Positions 1-7,715 of a DNA stretch of 62,259 bases are shown piece by piece. The DNA comes from a virus. Its lineage: Duplodnaviria; Caudoviricetes. Positions within the stretch are counted from its first letter, which is position 1. Each line of letters starts with the position of its first letter. The stretch covers positions 1-62,259 of IMG/VR virus record IMGVR_UViG_3300025127_007337; one strand, given 5' to 3'. Under the pieces are notes generated by a model, which saw only the letters and a list, made by a program, of their open reading frames with translations, was not told the DNA's origin and made no database searches. A program made the translations under genes and the position numbers.

Positions 1-2
1 TT

Positions 3-875
3 GGGCTACCAAAAGTAGATGATAACGTCACAAAGTGGCTTGCACCTGAGTGGCTCGACACAGCCTGTAAAAAACCAGTTGTCTTATTCCTCGATGAGGT
101 AGACAGAGCCACACTTGAAGTCCGACAAGGTATCTTCGAGTTGTGTGATAGTCGCAAGATTGCAGGTCACACACTACACCCTGATACACTTATCTTTGCT
201 TGTGTCAACGGTGGTCAGCACGGATCAGAGTATCAAGTCAATGAGTTCGATCCAGCCGAACTTGACCGTTATACTGTCTTTGATGTCGAGCCTACCGTAG
301 AAGATTGGTTGTCTTGGGCTGAGGGTAACGTCTGTGGCGAGATTTGGGATTTCATCAATCACAACCACAACCATCTTGAACACAAAGATACTTACGAGCC
401 TAACAAGATTTATCCATCAAGACGTAGTTGGGAGAGATTATCCAATGCTCTCGATAAGGTCGGCTCTGTCAAGCACGGCACGACATTGTATCACTTGGCT
501 CACGCATTTATCGGCTTTGAGGGTGCTATGGCTTTCAATGACTATGTGAAAAACTATTGCAAAGTTGTTACTCCAGAGGATATACTCGACAAGGGCAACA
601 TTAAGTTGACTAAGAAGTTCAAGATTAACGACCATAACAGTCTTATCGAGAAGTTCAAGGCTAAGAAGTGTTTCGATAACAAGTTAGAACCTAGTCAGTT
701 GCAAAATCTTGCTGAGTATTTCACAACACTTCCCTCAGAGATTGCTATGACCTTGTGGCAAGCGATGGGATCAGGTGAACAGGCTACTCATAACGTGGCT
801 CAGTTGCACGGTCTACAGACCAAAGAGGGTTCTGTGCAAGACTTTATCGTCAAAATCCTCACAGCAGGGCAATAA
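3..875 (+). CDS. MoxR-like AAA+ ATPase (5'-truncated by window edge)
   Basis: The frame is open from base 3: ...PVVLFLDEVDRATLEVRQGIFEL (Walker B), FACVN (sensor 1), DPAELDRY (Arg finger), PSRRSWERL. These motifs are typical of MoxR/DUF2201-associated ATPases. Confidence 0.85.
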   Translation, partial: GLPKVDDNVTKWLAPEWLDTACKKPVVLFLDEVDRATLEVRQGIFELCDSRKIAGHTLHPDTLIFACVNGGQHGSEYQVNEFDPAELDRYTVFDVEPTVEDWLSWAEGNVCGEIWDFINHNHNHLEHKDTYEPNKIYPSRRSWERLSNALDKVGSVKHGTTLYHLAHAFIGFEGAMAFNDYVKNYCKVVTPEDILDKGNIKLTKKFKINDHNSLIEKFKAKKCFDNKLEPSQLQNLAEYFTTLPSEIAMTLWQAMGSGEQATHNVAQLHGLQTKEGSVQDFIVKILTAGQ

Positions 876-887
876 GCCTGTGGGGTA

Positions 888-930
888 GGACAGAGAATCA
901 TTTCGGTCATTTTCTGTCCTTGCTTTTTTT
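888..930 (+). terminator. Possible intrinsic terminator that incorporates the first palindrome copy
   Basis: GGACAGAGAAT (888-898) can pair with ATTTTCTGTCC (909-919), followed by TTGCTTTTTTT. Confidence 0.5.
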
Positions 931-949
931 ACTCAATCGGTTATATTAT
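904..949 (+). promoter_or_regulatory. Palindrome copy 1 + sigma70-type promoter
   Basis: CGGTCA-TTTTC-TGTCCT abuts TTGCTT (920); GGTTATATTAT at 939-949; GGAGG RBS before ATG 973. Confidence 0.8.
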
Positions 950-972
950 ATACATCAACGGAGGACACAACA

Positions 973-1116
973 ATGTCAAATAAAAAAAAGCAACCTAAAA
1001 AACGTAATATAATACATCAAGTGCATATCGAACAGAACCGAAAGGCTGGCTCTCACAGAGATAAATCGAAATACACTAGGAAAAACAAACATAAAAAACA
1101 ACCACAGGAGGAATAA
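973..1116 (+). CDS. 47-aa basic protein with an ArfA-like tail
   Basis: Not in the ORF track. MSNKKKQPKKRNIIHQVHIEQNRKAGSHRDKSKYTRKNKHKKQPQEE; GGAGG RBS; stop overlaps the next ATG. Confidence 0.75.
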   Translation: MSNKKKQPKKRNIIHQVHIEQNRKAGSHRDKSKYTRKNKHKKQPQEE

Positions 1117-1430
1117 TGTTTGAAAATATAGACGAAATAGTTCTGTTGTCGAGGGAGAATGGCTATACATTCTTTGACAAAGAACGACAGGAACAACACA
1201 GAACTAGAGTACTACCCACACTCTATGGTGGTAAGTACTTCATAACACAGAGTCTGTACGATGGTAGACGTATGTACTCTATCTACAAGGCTCTAAAAGA
1301 TGGTGCTTGCGACATTGTTCGTGGTGAAGTCTTTCTATCAGAACGATCAGCACAGAGGTATCTAAAGATTGCTATACTACCCAACATTGTAGAAGACGAA
1401 ACAGAGGAGGTTTCTTATGAGTTACGCTAA
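1116..1430 (+). CDS. Hypothetical early protein
   Basis: AGGAGG RBS; coupled TAATG start. Confidence 0.75.
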   Translation: MFENIDEIVLLSRENGYTFFDKERQEQHRTRVLPTLYGGKYFITQSLYDGRRMYSIYKALKDGACDIVRGEVFLSERSAQRYLKIAILPNIVEDETEEVSYELR

Positions 1431-1866
1431 ACTATCAGAGCATTTTAAGGCTCGCACACCATACAAGTACAGTAAAGAGATACACTTCGATGGTACAAAG
1501 ATTGTCGCTAATGAGGTTAGATGGGCAAGAGACATAAACGGACGTTGGTTTCGTGAAACAGGTAAAGATCAAATCGTGCTTGCCGAGTATGTCCAACACA
1601 ACGGTAAAGAGTACGCAGTTGTCTACAATCGTGGTAACAAGTGTTTCGCCACAGAGGTTATGCAGTGGGGTTTCAATAGTAATTACAGGAGACATCGAGT
1701 TGGAAACCTCAAGTATGGCGAGGTTGGTAAGCCTGTCAAGGATCAACAACGTGCTTACAAGTGCCAAATGATTGATGCTTTGATTTATAGTGGTGTCATA
1801 TCCCACATTCTTATCCCCACCACACTAGATGGTGATAGCAAGTTCTTCGAGTTGGAGGGGATATAA
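1417..1866 (+). CDS. Hypothetical early protein
   Basis: GAGGAGG RBS; 149 aa. Confidence 0.75.
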   Translation: MSYAKLSEHFKARTPYKYSKEIHFDGTKIVANEVRWARDINGRWFRETGKDQIVLAEYVQHNGKEYAVVYNRGNKCFATEVMQWGFNSNYRRHRVGNLKYGEVGKPVKDQQRAYKCQMIDALIYSGVISHILIPTTLDGDSKFFELEGI

Positions 1867-1873
1867 ACAAACT

Positions 1874-1928
1874 TGGTCAAAAATTGTCCGTTTAAGGGTT
1901 GCATTATTCTGAGGATAAGTTATATTAT
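1874..1928 (+). promoter_or_regulatory. Palindrome copy 2 + sigma70-type promoter
   Basis: TGGTCA-AAAAT-TGTCCG, 8-bp gap, TTGCAT (1899), GTTATATTAT. Confidence 0.8.
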
Positions 1929-1957
1929 AAACATAATCGAAAACAACGAGGTCAACA

Positions 1958-2131
1958 ATGAGAATATACATCATAGAAGAATATAACCCATCTAACGAAC
2001 TAACAAGGTATTGGCTATTTGACGAACTTGAAAAGGCTTTAGACTTTGATGAGTTCTGTAAGGCACAACCGAAGTACAAAGATGGGTTCACCTATCAAGT
2101 CAACATTTCAGATCCCAACGACAGGAGATAA
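1958..2131 (+). CDS. 57-aa hypothetical early protein
   Basis: Not in the track. GAGGT RBS; MRIYIIEEYNPSNELTRYWLFDELEKALDF... Confidence 0.7.
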   Translation: MRIYIIEEYNPSNELTRYWLFDELEKALDFDEFCKAQPKYKDGFTYQVNISDPNDRR

Positions 2132-2132
2132 A

Positions 2133-2306
2133 ATGAAAACAGGTGACTTATTCAGATTCATAGATACATACGATGTACATAACATTGGTGTCGGCTCTAT
2201 CGGACTTATTGTAGGTATATTAGAACAACCCGATGGACACTACTATGTCCTTATTAACGGTAGGAACTACACACTACCAAAATACCACATAGAGGAGGTC
2301 AAATGA
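2133..2306 (+). CDS. Small SH3/KOW-like hypothetical protein
   Basis: AGGAG RBS favours ATG 2133; MKTGDLFRF...GLIVGI pattern. Confidence 0.65.
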   Translation: MKTGDLFRFIDTYDVHNIGVGSIGLIVGILEQPDGHYYVLINGRNYTLPKYHIEEVK

Positions 2307-2521
2307 ACATAGGAGACTTGGTAACGTGGAACTTGGACGTGTATGATAATAACACTCCTTTGGAGATTGGTGTGGTGGTCGGAGATCACACAACATTCAA
2401 AAGAAGAAAGAAGTGTGTGTGGGTAAAGTTCATCAATGGTCAACACTCTCATAGGACAAAGACCTTGTGTAGAGAGAGTCAACTTGTCCTTGTGGAGGAC
2501 ATAAAACAAAAACGGACATAA
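2303..2521 (+). CDS. Small SH3/KOW-like hypothetical protein
   Basis: GAGGAGG RBS; MNIGDLVTW...IGVVV...VWVKF pattern resembles the preceding ORF. Confidence 0.7.
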   Translation: MNIGDLVTWNLDVYDNNTPLEIGVVVGDHTTFKRRKKCVWVKFINGQHSHRTKTLCRESQLVLVEDIKQKRT

Positions 2522-2558
2522 TTTGTCCTTGCATTATTTCATCAATCGGTTATATTAT
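2513..2558 (+). promoter_or_regulatory. Palindrome copy 3 + sigma70-type promoter
   Basis: CGGACA-TAATT-TGTCCT abuts TTGCAT (2529); GGTTATATTAT. Confidence 0.8.
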
Positions 2559-2586
2559 ATACATCACTGAAACAAAGGAGGTCATT

Positions 2587-2784
2587 ATGACAACATATTT
2601 ATTCATACTACACACACCATCATCAAAGATATGTCGCTATGCTGGAGAGCAAAGAGAAATAGAGTTCACAGGCACAAGGAATGAGTTATTTCAACACATT
2701 CGTTATATGGCAAGAACATACGAAAGACTTGTTGGAATAAAAGTTAAACAAGGAGATCAATGGGTGAGTGAGGGCGATTTATAA
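2587..2784 (+). CDS. Hypothetical early protein
   Basis: AAGGAGG RBS downstream of the promoter. Confidence 0.75.
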   Translation: MTTYLFILHTPSSKICRYAGEQREIEFTGTRNELFQHIRYMARTYERLVGIKVKQGDQWVSEGDL

Positions 2785-2787
2785 AGT

Positions 2788-2841
2788 CGGACAAAATCTG
2801 ACCGATAATCATTTGACAAGTAGTCGAGAACCCATTATAAT
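2788..2841 (+). promoter_or_regulatory. Palindrome copy 4 + consensus sigma70 promoter
   Basis: CGGACA-AAATC-TGACCG, 8-bp gap, TTGACA (2813)-17 bp-TATAAT (2836). Confidence 0.9.
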
Positions 2842-2865
2842 ATAAATATACAACAGGAGAACACA

Positions 2866-3357
2866 ATGGAATATACATCAACAATAGCAAATATGTTATT
2901 TAACCCAAACCATATAAACTATCAGGATACTTGCTATCGCACAGATTATCTTTCTTATAGACTTTTAGACGATACTCTTTATAGTTTTACTTCTGTATGG
3001 TGTAGAGACTTTAGGAACTACCTACAAACAAACGGTATCGTTGTACCTGATGACAAACGTATGTATACACCTGTGGCAAAACTTGAGGGTGGAGAGCTTA
3101 TAGGCTATAACACACAATATGCCAATATGGGTAACAAGTTCTTGGATATGAGGGATGATACAAGAGAGATACACTTCCCAAATCTTTACTTTGTAGAGGT
3201 AGGCAATCACCCATATCCAAAGGAGGCTCGGTATCACCACTCTTGGTTGATAGAGAACTATCATCGTGAGTGTCACAAGATACTCAATCCACCCTCAGAT
3301 CCAACAAAGTTCTTTCTACAACCAACTTCATTTGCACCTACACTACGATCCTCGTAG
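2866..3357 (+). CDS. Hypothetical early protein
   Basis: AGGAG RBS; 163 aa. Confidence 0.75.
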   Translation: MEYTSTIANMLFNPNHINYQDTCYRTDYLSYRLLDDTLYSFTSVWCRDFRNYLQTNGIVVPDDKRMYTPVAKLEGGELIGYNTQYANMGNKFLDMRDDTREIHFPNLYFVEVGNHPYPKEARYHHSWLIENYHRECHKILNPPSDPTKFFLQPTSFAPTLRSS

Positions 3358-3537
3358 ATCCCTCTATACTACCCCTCTACCCTAGTACCCCTATGGGCTA
3401 TCTAAAACACTGTCTATGCGTAAATACAAGCCTGTATGCACTAGGAATACAAGTAACACTATAACAAATACGGAGGTGACTATGTTCACACCTGACACAC
3501 AACCTATAACTAGCACTAACACAAAGGAAACACCCAA

Positions 3538-3828
3538 ATGCAACAAAATAAACTCAACTTTTTCACAGTCAACTCCCTTTATCAGGCGATTGCTATCATT
3601 GAAGATAATGATTTTCCTGATGGTGTTGATCTCTATGATGCAAACGTACTTGCTTTTCAGTATCTCATCGACACAGGACACGCATGGACGTTACAAGGAT
3701 GGTACGGACGTACAGCAAGAAGTCTCATCGAAGAGGGTATCTGTAAACCCAAAAAGACGATTGGGACTCCCTCTCAAAGCACCAACAAAGGTATACCTTA
3801 CAAAACCAAAGTTAAAAAAACCCTCTAA
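3538..3828 (+). CDS. Conserved phage hypothetical protein ([23 protein letters not shown] family)
   Basis: Motif recurrent in phage early proteins; AAGGA RBS. Confidence 0.75.
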   Translation: MQQNKLNFFTVNSLYQAIAIIEDNDFPDGVDLYDANVLAFQYLIDTGHAWTLQGWYGRTARSLIEEGICKPKKTIGTPSQSTNKGIPYKTKVKKTL

Positions 3829-3961
3829 AAAGCCTGTGAGTAAGCCAAAACCTAAGACTAAAAAAAAAGTAAGGTAAGCACACGCAAGAAACGTACACGC
3901 ACGAGGACACGCACAAAAAAGTTAAACTCACCTAGAACACATCGACTCTCAGGTATCTAAA

Positions 3962-3987
3962 ACCCCAACTTGTTGGGTGTTTTTTTT
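3962..3987 (+). terminator. Intrinsic terminator
   Basis: CCCAA-CTTG-TTGGG stem followed by a T-run. Confidence 0.65.
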
Positions 3988-4028
3988 GTGTTCAAAATAC
4001 TTGACAATACTATAGTAAGAATGCAAGT

Positions 4029-4081
4029 CGGACATTTTTTGTCCAACAAGGATTTGACAGGATCTCCAAATCGGTTATATT
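4029..4081 (+). promoter_or_regulatory. Palindrome copy 5 + sigma70-type promoter
   Basis: CGGACA-TTTTT-TGTCCA, 8-bp gap, TTGACA (4054), GGTTATATT. Confidence 0.85.
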
Positions 4082-4112
4082 ACTAACATCACCAACAACA
4101 ACGAGGTAAACA

Positions 4113-4274
4113 ATGACCGAAGATGAAATAAGAGATATAGCGATAAGGATTGTCGATCAGATGGTATCTGAGGGGATCATTCCTGATTGTACAGACACTA
4201 ACAACTCTATAGAGTTCGAGACACAGGACATAATTGTTGAACAACTAGAAAAGGTTCTCAGGGGGCAACAATGA
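4113..4274 (+). CDS. 53-aa acidic hypothetical protein
   Basis: Not in the track. GAGGT RBS; MTEDEIRDIAIRIVDQMVSEGIIPDCTDT... Confidence 0.7.
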   Translation: MTEDEIRDIAIRIVDQMVSEGIIPDCTDTNNSIEFETQDIIVEQLEKVLRGQQ

Positions 4275-4420
4275 TATTTGAAATCGCTTTTATTCTTGTC
4301 GCTATCGGTATCTTCTCATTCACTTGGGCTATACTCGAAATCCTAGCACTCAATATATATATTGGTAGATACCAAAAACCAAATCGGTCAAAAACTGTCC
4401 AAAAACGATTTGACAGATAA
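4271..4420 (+). CDS. 49-aa single-pass membrane peptide
   Basis: ATGA overlap with the previous stop; MIFEIAFILVAIGIFSFTWAILEILAL followed by a basic tail. Confidence 0.55.
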   Translation: MIFEIAFILVAIGIFSFTWAILEILALNIYIGRYQKPNRSKTVQKRFDR

Positions 4421-4440
4421 ACTAAAAACAGTTATATTAT
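4385..4440 (+). promoter_or_regulatory. Palindrome copy 6 + sigma70-type promoter
   Basis: CGGTCA-AAAAC-TGTCCA, 8-bp gap, TTGACA (4410)-17 bp-TATATT. Confidence 0.85.
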
Positions 4441-4467
4441 AAACACATTCAACAACAGGAGAAAACT

Positions 4468-4635
4468 ATGAATGAGTACAAGCACCTTTCCAACCTACAA
4501 GTTATCGCACTGTATAAGAGTGCAAAGGCATCTGTCAAGGACTTATCGCCCCTTATGGCGACAAATGATAGGCTCTATCTACAACGTCAACTGGACACAC
4601 TACGAAACGAAGTCCACAGACGGCTCAATAAATAA
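4468..4635 (+). CDS. 55-aa hypothetical protein
   Basis: AGGAG RBS fits ATG 4468 (MNEYKHLSNLQVIALYK...) better than the track ORF at 4472; its stop is just before the next palindrome. Confidence 0.7.
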   Translation: MNEYKHLSNLQVIALYKSAKASVKDLSPLMATNDRLYLQRQLDTLRNEVHRRLNK

Positions 4636-4638
4636 AAA

Positions 4639-4684
4639 CGGACATTTTTTGTCCTTGCACATTTTCCCAAACCAGTTATATTAT
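4639..4684 (+). promoter_or_regulatory. Palindrome copy 7 + sigma70-type promoter
   Basis: CGGACA-TTTTT-TGTCCT abuts TTGCAC (4655); GTTATATTAT. Confidence 0.8.
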
Positions 4685-4710
4685 AAATACATTCTAACAA
4701 CGAGGTCACT

Positions 4711-4962
4711 ATGACACTAGAACAAATAATCAAAGCCTTTCTTAACTATACTCAAGACGTTAAAGGTCGCTATGGTCTATCCATTCGAGATGGTGCTTTA
4801 TACTCTTACAATCTCAAGATTGCTGAACACGGTGGTGCAGGCTCTTACATCGTCTATGACTATATGGCAACAGGTTGTCGTGGAATGGTATCGGCTACAA
4901 CGTCAAAGCACGTTGGTATGATTAAAAGAGCCGTTCCTCAGAACAGACTTGTCTTGATGTAG
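4711..4962 (+). CDS. Conserved phage hypothetical protein (LYSY..IA...S.TTSKH type)
   Basis: GAGGT RBS; motif typical of phage early proteins. Confidence 0.75.
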   Translation: MTLEQIIKAFLNYTQDVKGRYGLSIRDGALYSYNLKIAEHGGAGSYIVYDYMATGCRGMVSATTSKHVGMIKRAVPQNRLVLM

Positions 4963-5015
4963 TTCCCTACTACCTACTACCGTACCCCCTTACCCCCCTT
5001 ACTCACGAGGTTATT

Positions 5016-5285
5016 ATGAAATACTCTAAAAAACAAAAATCTTTATCTCAACCTGTCATCGACTTATTGTCCCGTATGAGCAAGTTAGTTGATCAAGGTC
5101 TCACACCTATCGAAGCTGTCGAGTGGATGCAAGAGATTGAACCACAATGGCGATGTTCACGAGGTTATCAAGCAACTAAGGGAGGTCTTATACAGGCTCG
5201 CAAGAGACTTGAGAGACGTGTTGAAATGATGAACCAAGTCAACAATGGTGTCACAGTCTTTACTAACAACAAACCAACTAAATAA
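5016..5285 (+). CDS. Hypothetical early protein
   Basis: GAGGT RBS; 89 aa. Confidence 0.7.
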   Translation: MKYSKKQKSLSQPVIDLLSRMSKLVDQGLTPIEAVEWMQEIEPQWRCSRGYQATKGGLIQARKRLERRVEMMNQVNNGVTVFTNNKPTK

Positions 5286-5295
5286 GGAGGTCACT

Positions 5296-5487
5296 ATGCC
5301 AGAACTTACAGAGATACAAGGAAAACTTAACGTAGATGGGCTTATATGCTCACTAGCAATAAACCAAGCCATACAGGAGATTCAACAGTACCAAGAACAA
5401 GACGATGTAGAGGGCGAACTAGCGATAGCCGTATTAGAGAATATGCTCTTTGCCCTTGTAGACGCTCTAGAACCCATAGAGGAATAA
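5296..5487 (+). CDS. 63-aa acidic hypothetical protein
   Basis: AAGGAGGT RBS fits ATG 5296. Confidence 0.7.
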   Translation: MPELTEIQGKLNVDGLICSLAINQAIQEIQQYQEQDDVEGELAIAVLENMLFALVDALEPIEE

Positions 5488-5532
5488 CACACAGATAACA
5501 ATGCCCTAACAGAGGACATTCCACAATCAACC

Positions 5533-5581
5533 CCACCACGACAAAGGAATAGAGGAGACTTCCTTGTGGTGGGTTTTTTTT
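5533..5581 (+). terminator. Long hairpin + T-run (terminator, possibly the 3' end of a small RNA)
   Basis: CCCACCAC...AAGG / CCTT.GTGGTGGG followed by TTTTTTTT. Confidence 0.65.
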
Positions 5582-5643
5582 GTGTATACAATACTTGACA
5601 AAACTATACACACGTTTTCACGCGTGACACTTCCAAAGGAAGT

Positions 5644-5706
5644 CGGTCATTTTCTGTCCAAAAATGCTTTGCTCGGATTGAATAAACGGTTATATTAAAC
5701 GTCTAA
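5644..5706 (+). promoter_or_regulatory. Palindrome copy 8 + nested sigma70-type and ECF-type promoters
   Basis: CGGTCA-TTTTC-TGTCCA, 8-bp gap, TTGCTC..TATATT; also TGAATA (5679)-15 bp-CGTCTAA (5700). Confidence 0.75.
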
Positions 5707-5729
5707 TAAGCACAACCAACGAGGTAACT

Positions 5730-5882
5730 ATGAAAATCGAAAGTAAAGCAATAATCCAACGTCGTATCCGTAACATTGAGCAAGATATTAAATCATGTCG
5801 TAATAGTGGTAACACTTTGCGTATGAGATTACTATATGCACAGTTGTCGGCAGCGACGATAAAGTTGGCTAGTTCTAAATAA
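5730..5882 (+). CDS. 50-aa basic hypothetical protein
   Basis: Not in the track. GAGGT RBS; MKIESKAIIQRRIRNIEQDIKSCR...; stop abuts the next palindrome. Confidence 0.7.
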   Translation: MKIESKAIIQRRIRNIEQDIKSCRNSGNTLRMRLLYAQLSAATIKLASSK

Positions 5883-5935
5883 CGGACATTTTCTGTCCGT
5901 TTCAAAATGAATAAATCCAAATAATAAACGTCTAA
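5883..5935 (+). promoter_or_regulatory. Palindrome copy 9 + ECF-type promoter
   Basis: Perfect arms CGGACA-TTTTC-TGTCCG, 8-bp gap, TGAATA (5908)-15 bp-CGTCTAA (5929). Confidence 0.7.
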
Positions 5936-5961
5936 CTAGTACACTTCAACCGAGAGGAAAT

Positions 5962-6552
5962 ATGAAAAACTTCACTATCCAAATAGCACCCATTCGAGCC
6001 CCTTATATGCGAGAGAGACAGGACGCTGTTCCTACAGTTTGCAAAAAGTATGTCAATGGAAAGGTCGAGTATCACGAGTTCCGTTGGAATAATCCAAAGG
6101 CTGGTCGTAATATTATGTGGAAAGATAACCCCGACACCATCGAGGAAAGAGAACAGTATAAGCAACAGTTTGCTGATAGAGTGCAACGTGCGTTTGATAA
6201 AGCCAACATCCGTTTCTTTAAGCACTACGACGGCATTAACTTTGAGGACGAAATAGTGCGTGTCTATGCACCTTATCCAGACCTTGCACCTAATGCGACT
6301 GTCACCGTATACTCTCAACGTGTCCACGAATACAACGCACATCGCGACTTTTTAAGAGACATAGTATCTAAGATGAACATTCAGTTTAACACTCTTATGT
6401 GTGTCCTCCAACAGGGCAAATATGACCTAGCCAAAGGCTCCCTCTACAAGCTAAACAAGTATATGTTTGATTTGCAATCAATGTGTAGACCCCAACATCA
6501 CGAAGTAGTTTTCAAGGGCAAGAATAACCCTCTCACAGCCAACCTAAGATAG
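5962..6552 (+). CDS. Hypothetical early protein
   Basis: GAGAGG RBS; 196 aa. Confidence 0.8.
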   Translation: MKNFTIQIAPIRAPYMRERQDAVPTVCKKYVNGKVEYHEFRWNNPKAGRNIMWKDNPDTIEEREQYKQQFADRVQRAFDKANIRFFKHYDGINFEDEIVRVYAPYPDLAPNATVTVYSQRVHEYNAHRDFLRDIVSKMNIQFNTLMCVLQQGKYDLAKGSLYKLNKYMFDLQSMCRPQHHEVVFKGKNNPLTANLR

Positions 6553-6553
6553 A

Positions 6554-6606
6554 CGGTCATTTTCTGTCCGTTTTAGACATCCAAATCATCTTTTTTATGT
6601 TATAAT
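6554..6606 (+). promoter_or_regulatory. Palindrome copy 10 + extended -10 promoter
   Basis: CGGTCA-TTTTC-TGTCCG; TGTTATAAT at 6598-6606. Confidence 0.75.
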
Positions 6607-6631
6607 ATAAGAGTATTCAATCAAAGGAGTT

Positions 6632-6994
6632 ATGAATATGAATAAAAAATCCAAAGAACTTAATAAGCAAATGAGCAAGGCTGTGAGGGACTCACATCAA
6701 CGTATGCTCGACCAAGCCCTCAATCAGAGGGTAGAAGTCACAGACCCTGTAAAGTTACGTGAGATGTATCCTGATTTTACCGATAAGCAAATAGCGAGTA
6801 TGGCGAGACTAAATCACAAGATTAACGTAGCCAACGACTTCCTCATAGAGGAACAATACTTCTGGCTCAATCCATCTGAAAGACCTGTCGAGGGTATCGA
6901 GTATGACGAGGAACTTTGGGCTACCACTTCTTATGATGAAGATAAAGAACTTGCAATCATAAGAGAGGAACAGAGAGACATAGATAATGAATAG
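6632..6994 (+). CDS. Hypothetical early protein with acidic C-terminus
   Basis: AAGGAG RBS; 120 aa. Confidence 0.75.
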   Translation: MNMNKKSKELNKQMSKAVRDSHQRMLDQALNQRVEVTDPVKLREMYPDFTDKQIASMARLNHKINVANDFLIEEQYFWLNPSERPVEGIEYDEELWATTSYDEDKELAIIREEQRDIDNE

Positions 6995-7044
6995 GTCATT
7001 TTTTGTCCGTTTTTACAGAATTTTTATAAAGAATAATCGTCTAA
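6993..7044 (+). promoter_or_regulatory. Palindrome copy 11 + ECF-type promoter
   Basis: AGGTCA-TTTTT-TGTCCG; AGAATT (7017)-15 bp-CGTCTAA (7038). Confidence 0.65.
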
Positions 7045-7073
7045 TAAATACATTACAACACAAGGAGTTTTTA

Positions 7074-7142
7074 ATGTTCACAATCTTTTCAATCTTTGCT
7101 ATTATGTTCTTTTCACTTTTTATCCTCACAGCCCTCATATAA
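7074..7142 (+). CDS. 22-aa fully hydrophobic peptide
   Basis: AAGGAG RBS right after the promoter; MFTIFSIFAIMFFSLFILTALI. Confidence 0.55.
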   Translation: MFTIFSIFAIMFFSLFILTALI

Positions 7143-7191
7143 TAATCACTCTTTTTAACCCCTTTATCACTTACTTTACTCGGAGGTCTTT

Positions 7192-7374
7192 ATGACTCAA
7201 ATCACATTTCAAGAATGGCTATCTTCTCAACCCTCTCCATTACCACGTTATCAAATCGTTGAATCAATCAAGTTTTATGGATACTTCGATGTTCTCGACA
7301 CTCACACAGGAAAACGTGAACCTTGTCGAAATCTTCGAACTGCTCGTGCTACTGTTAAGGCTCTTAACAAGTAG
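7192..7374 (+). CDS. Hypothetical early protein
   Basis: GGAGGT RBS; 60 aa. Confidence 0.7.
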   Translation: MTQITFQEWLSSQPSPLPRYQIVESIKFYGYFDVLDTHTGKREPCRNLRTARATVKALNK

Positions 7375-7426
7375 TCAACTTCTTCCTCTCTCACCTTACT
7401 ATTCTATTACTCCAAAGGAGTCCACT

Positions 7427-7714
7427 ATGACTAATACAAGATATAACTTTCAAATCCTTTCCTTTATCACAGACTTATGTGAGAACATTAGTGAAACTGT
7501 CGTGACAGACGATGGAGATGATGGAGAAATGACAACCTTTTATTTTCACAATCCTGTCACTGGTTCGATTGACACCGTTTCATTCTTTGAGGACTACGAC
7601 ACTCACCCAATCATTTACTTGCCAAACTACTCCGTAGGTCAGAAGTCTTTTAAAGACCAAGTAGAGATTGCCGACCTTGAGGAACTTTACGAGTTCATTC
7701 TTATTGAAGAATAA
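7427..7714 (+). CDS. Strongly acidic hypothetical protein
   Basis: AAGGAG RBS fits ATG 7427; D/E-rich. Confidence 0.7.
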   Translation: MTNTRYNFQILSFITDLCENISETVVTDDGDDGEMTTFYFHNPVTGSIDTVSFFEDYDTHPIIYLPNYSVGQKSFKDQVEIADLEELYEFILIEE

Positions 7715-7715
7715 T

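Noticed and set aside
4472-4714. Track ORF of 80 aa
   Set aside because: It runs through a palindrome and promoter. The RBS spacing favours the 4468-4635 frame.
5883-5899. Match to the yeast Gal4 site CGG-N11-CCG
   Set aside because: The context is a bacteriophage with sigma70 promoters and SD sequences, and the terminal bases vary between copies. Treated as coincidence.
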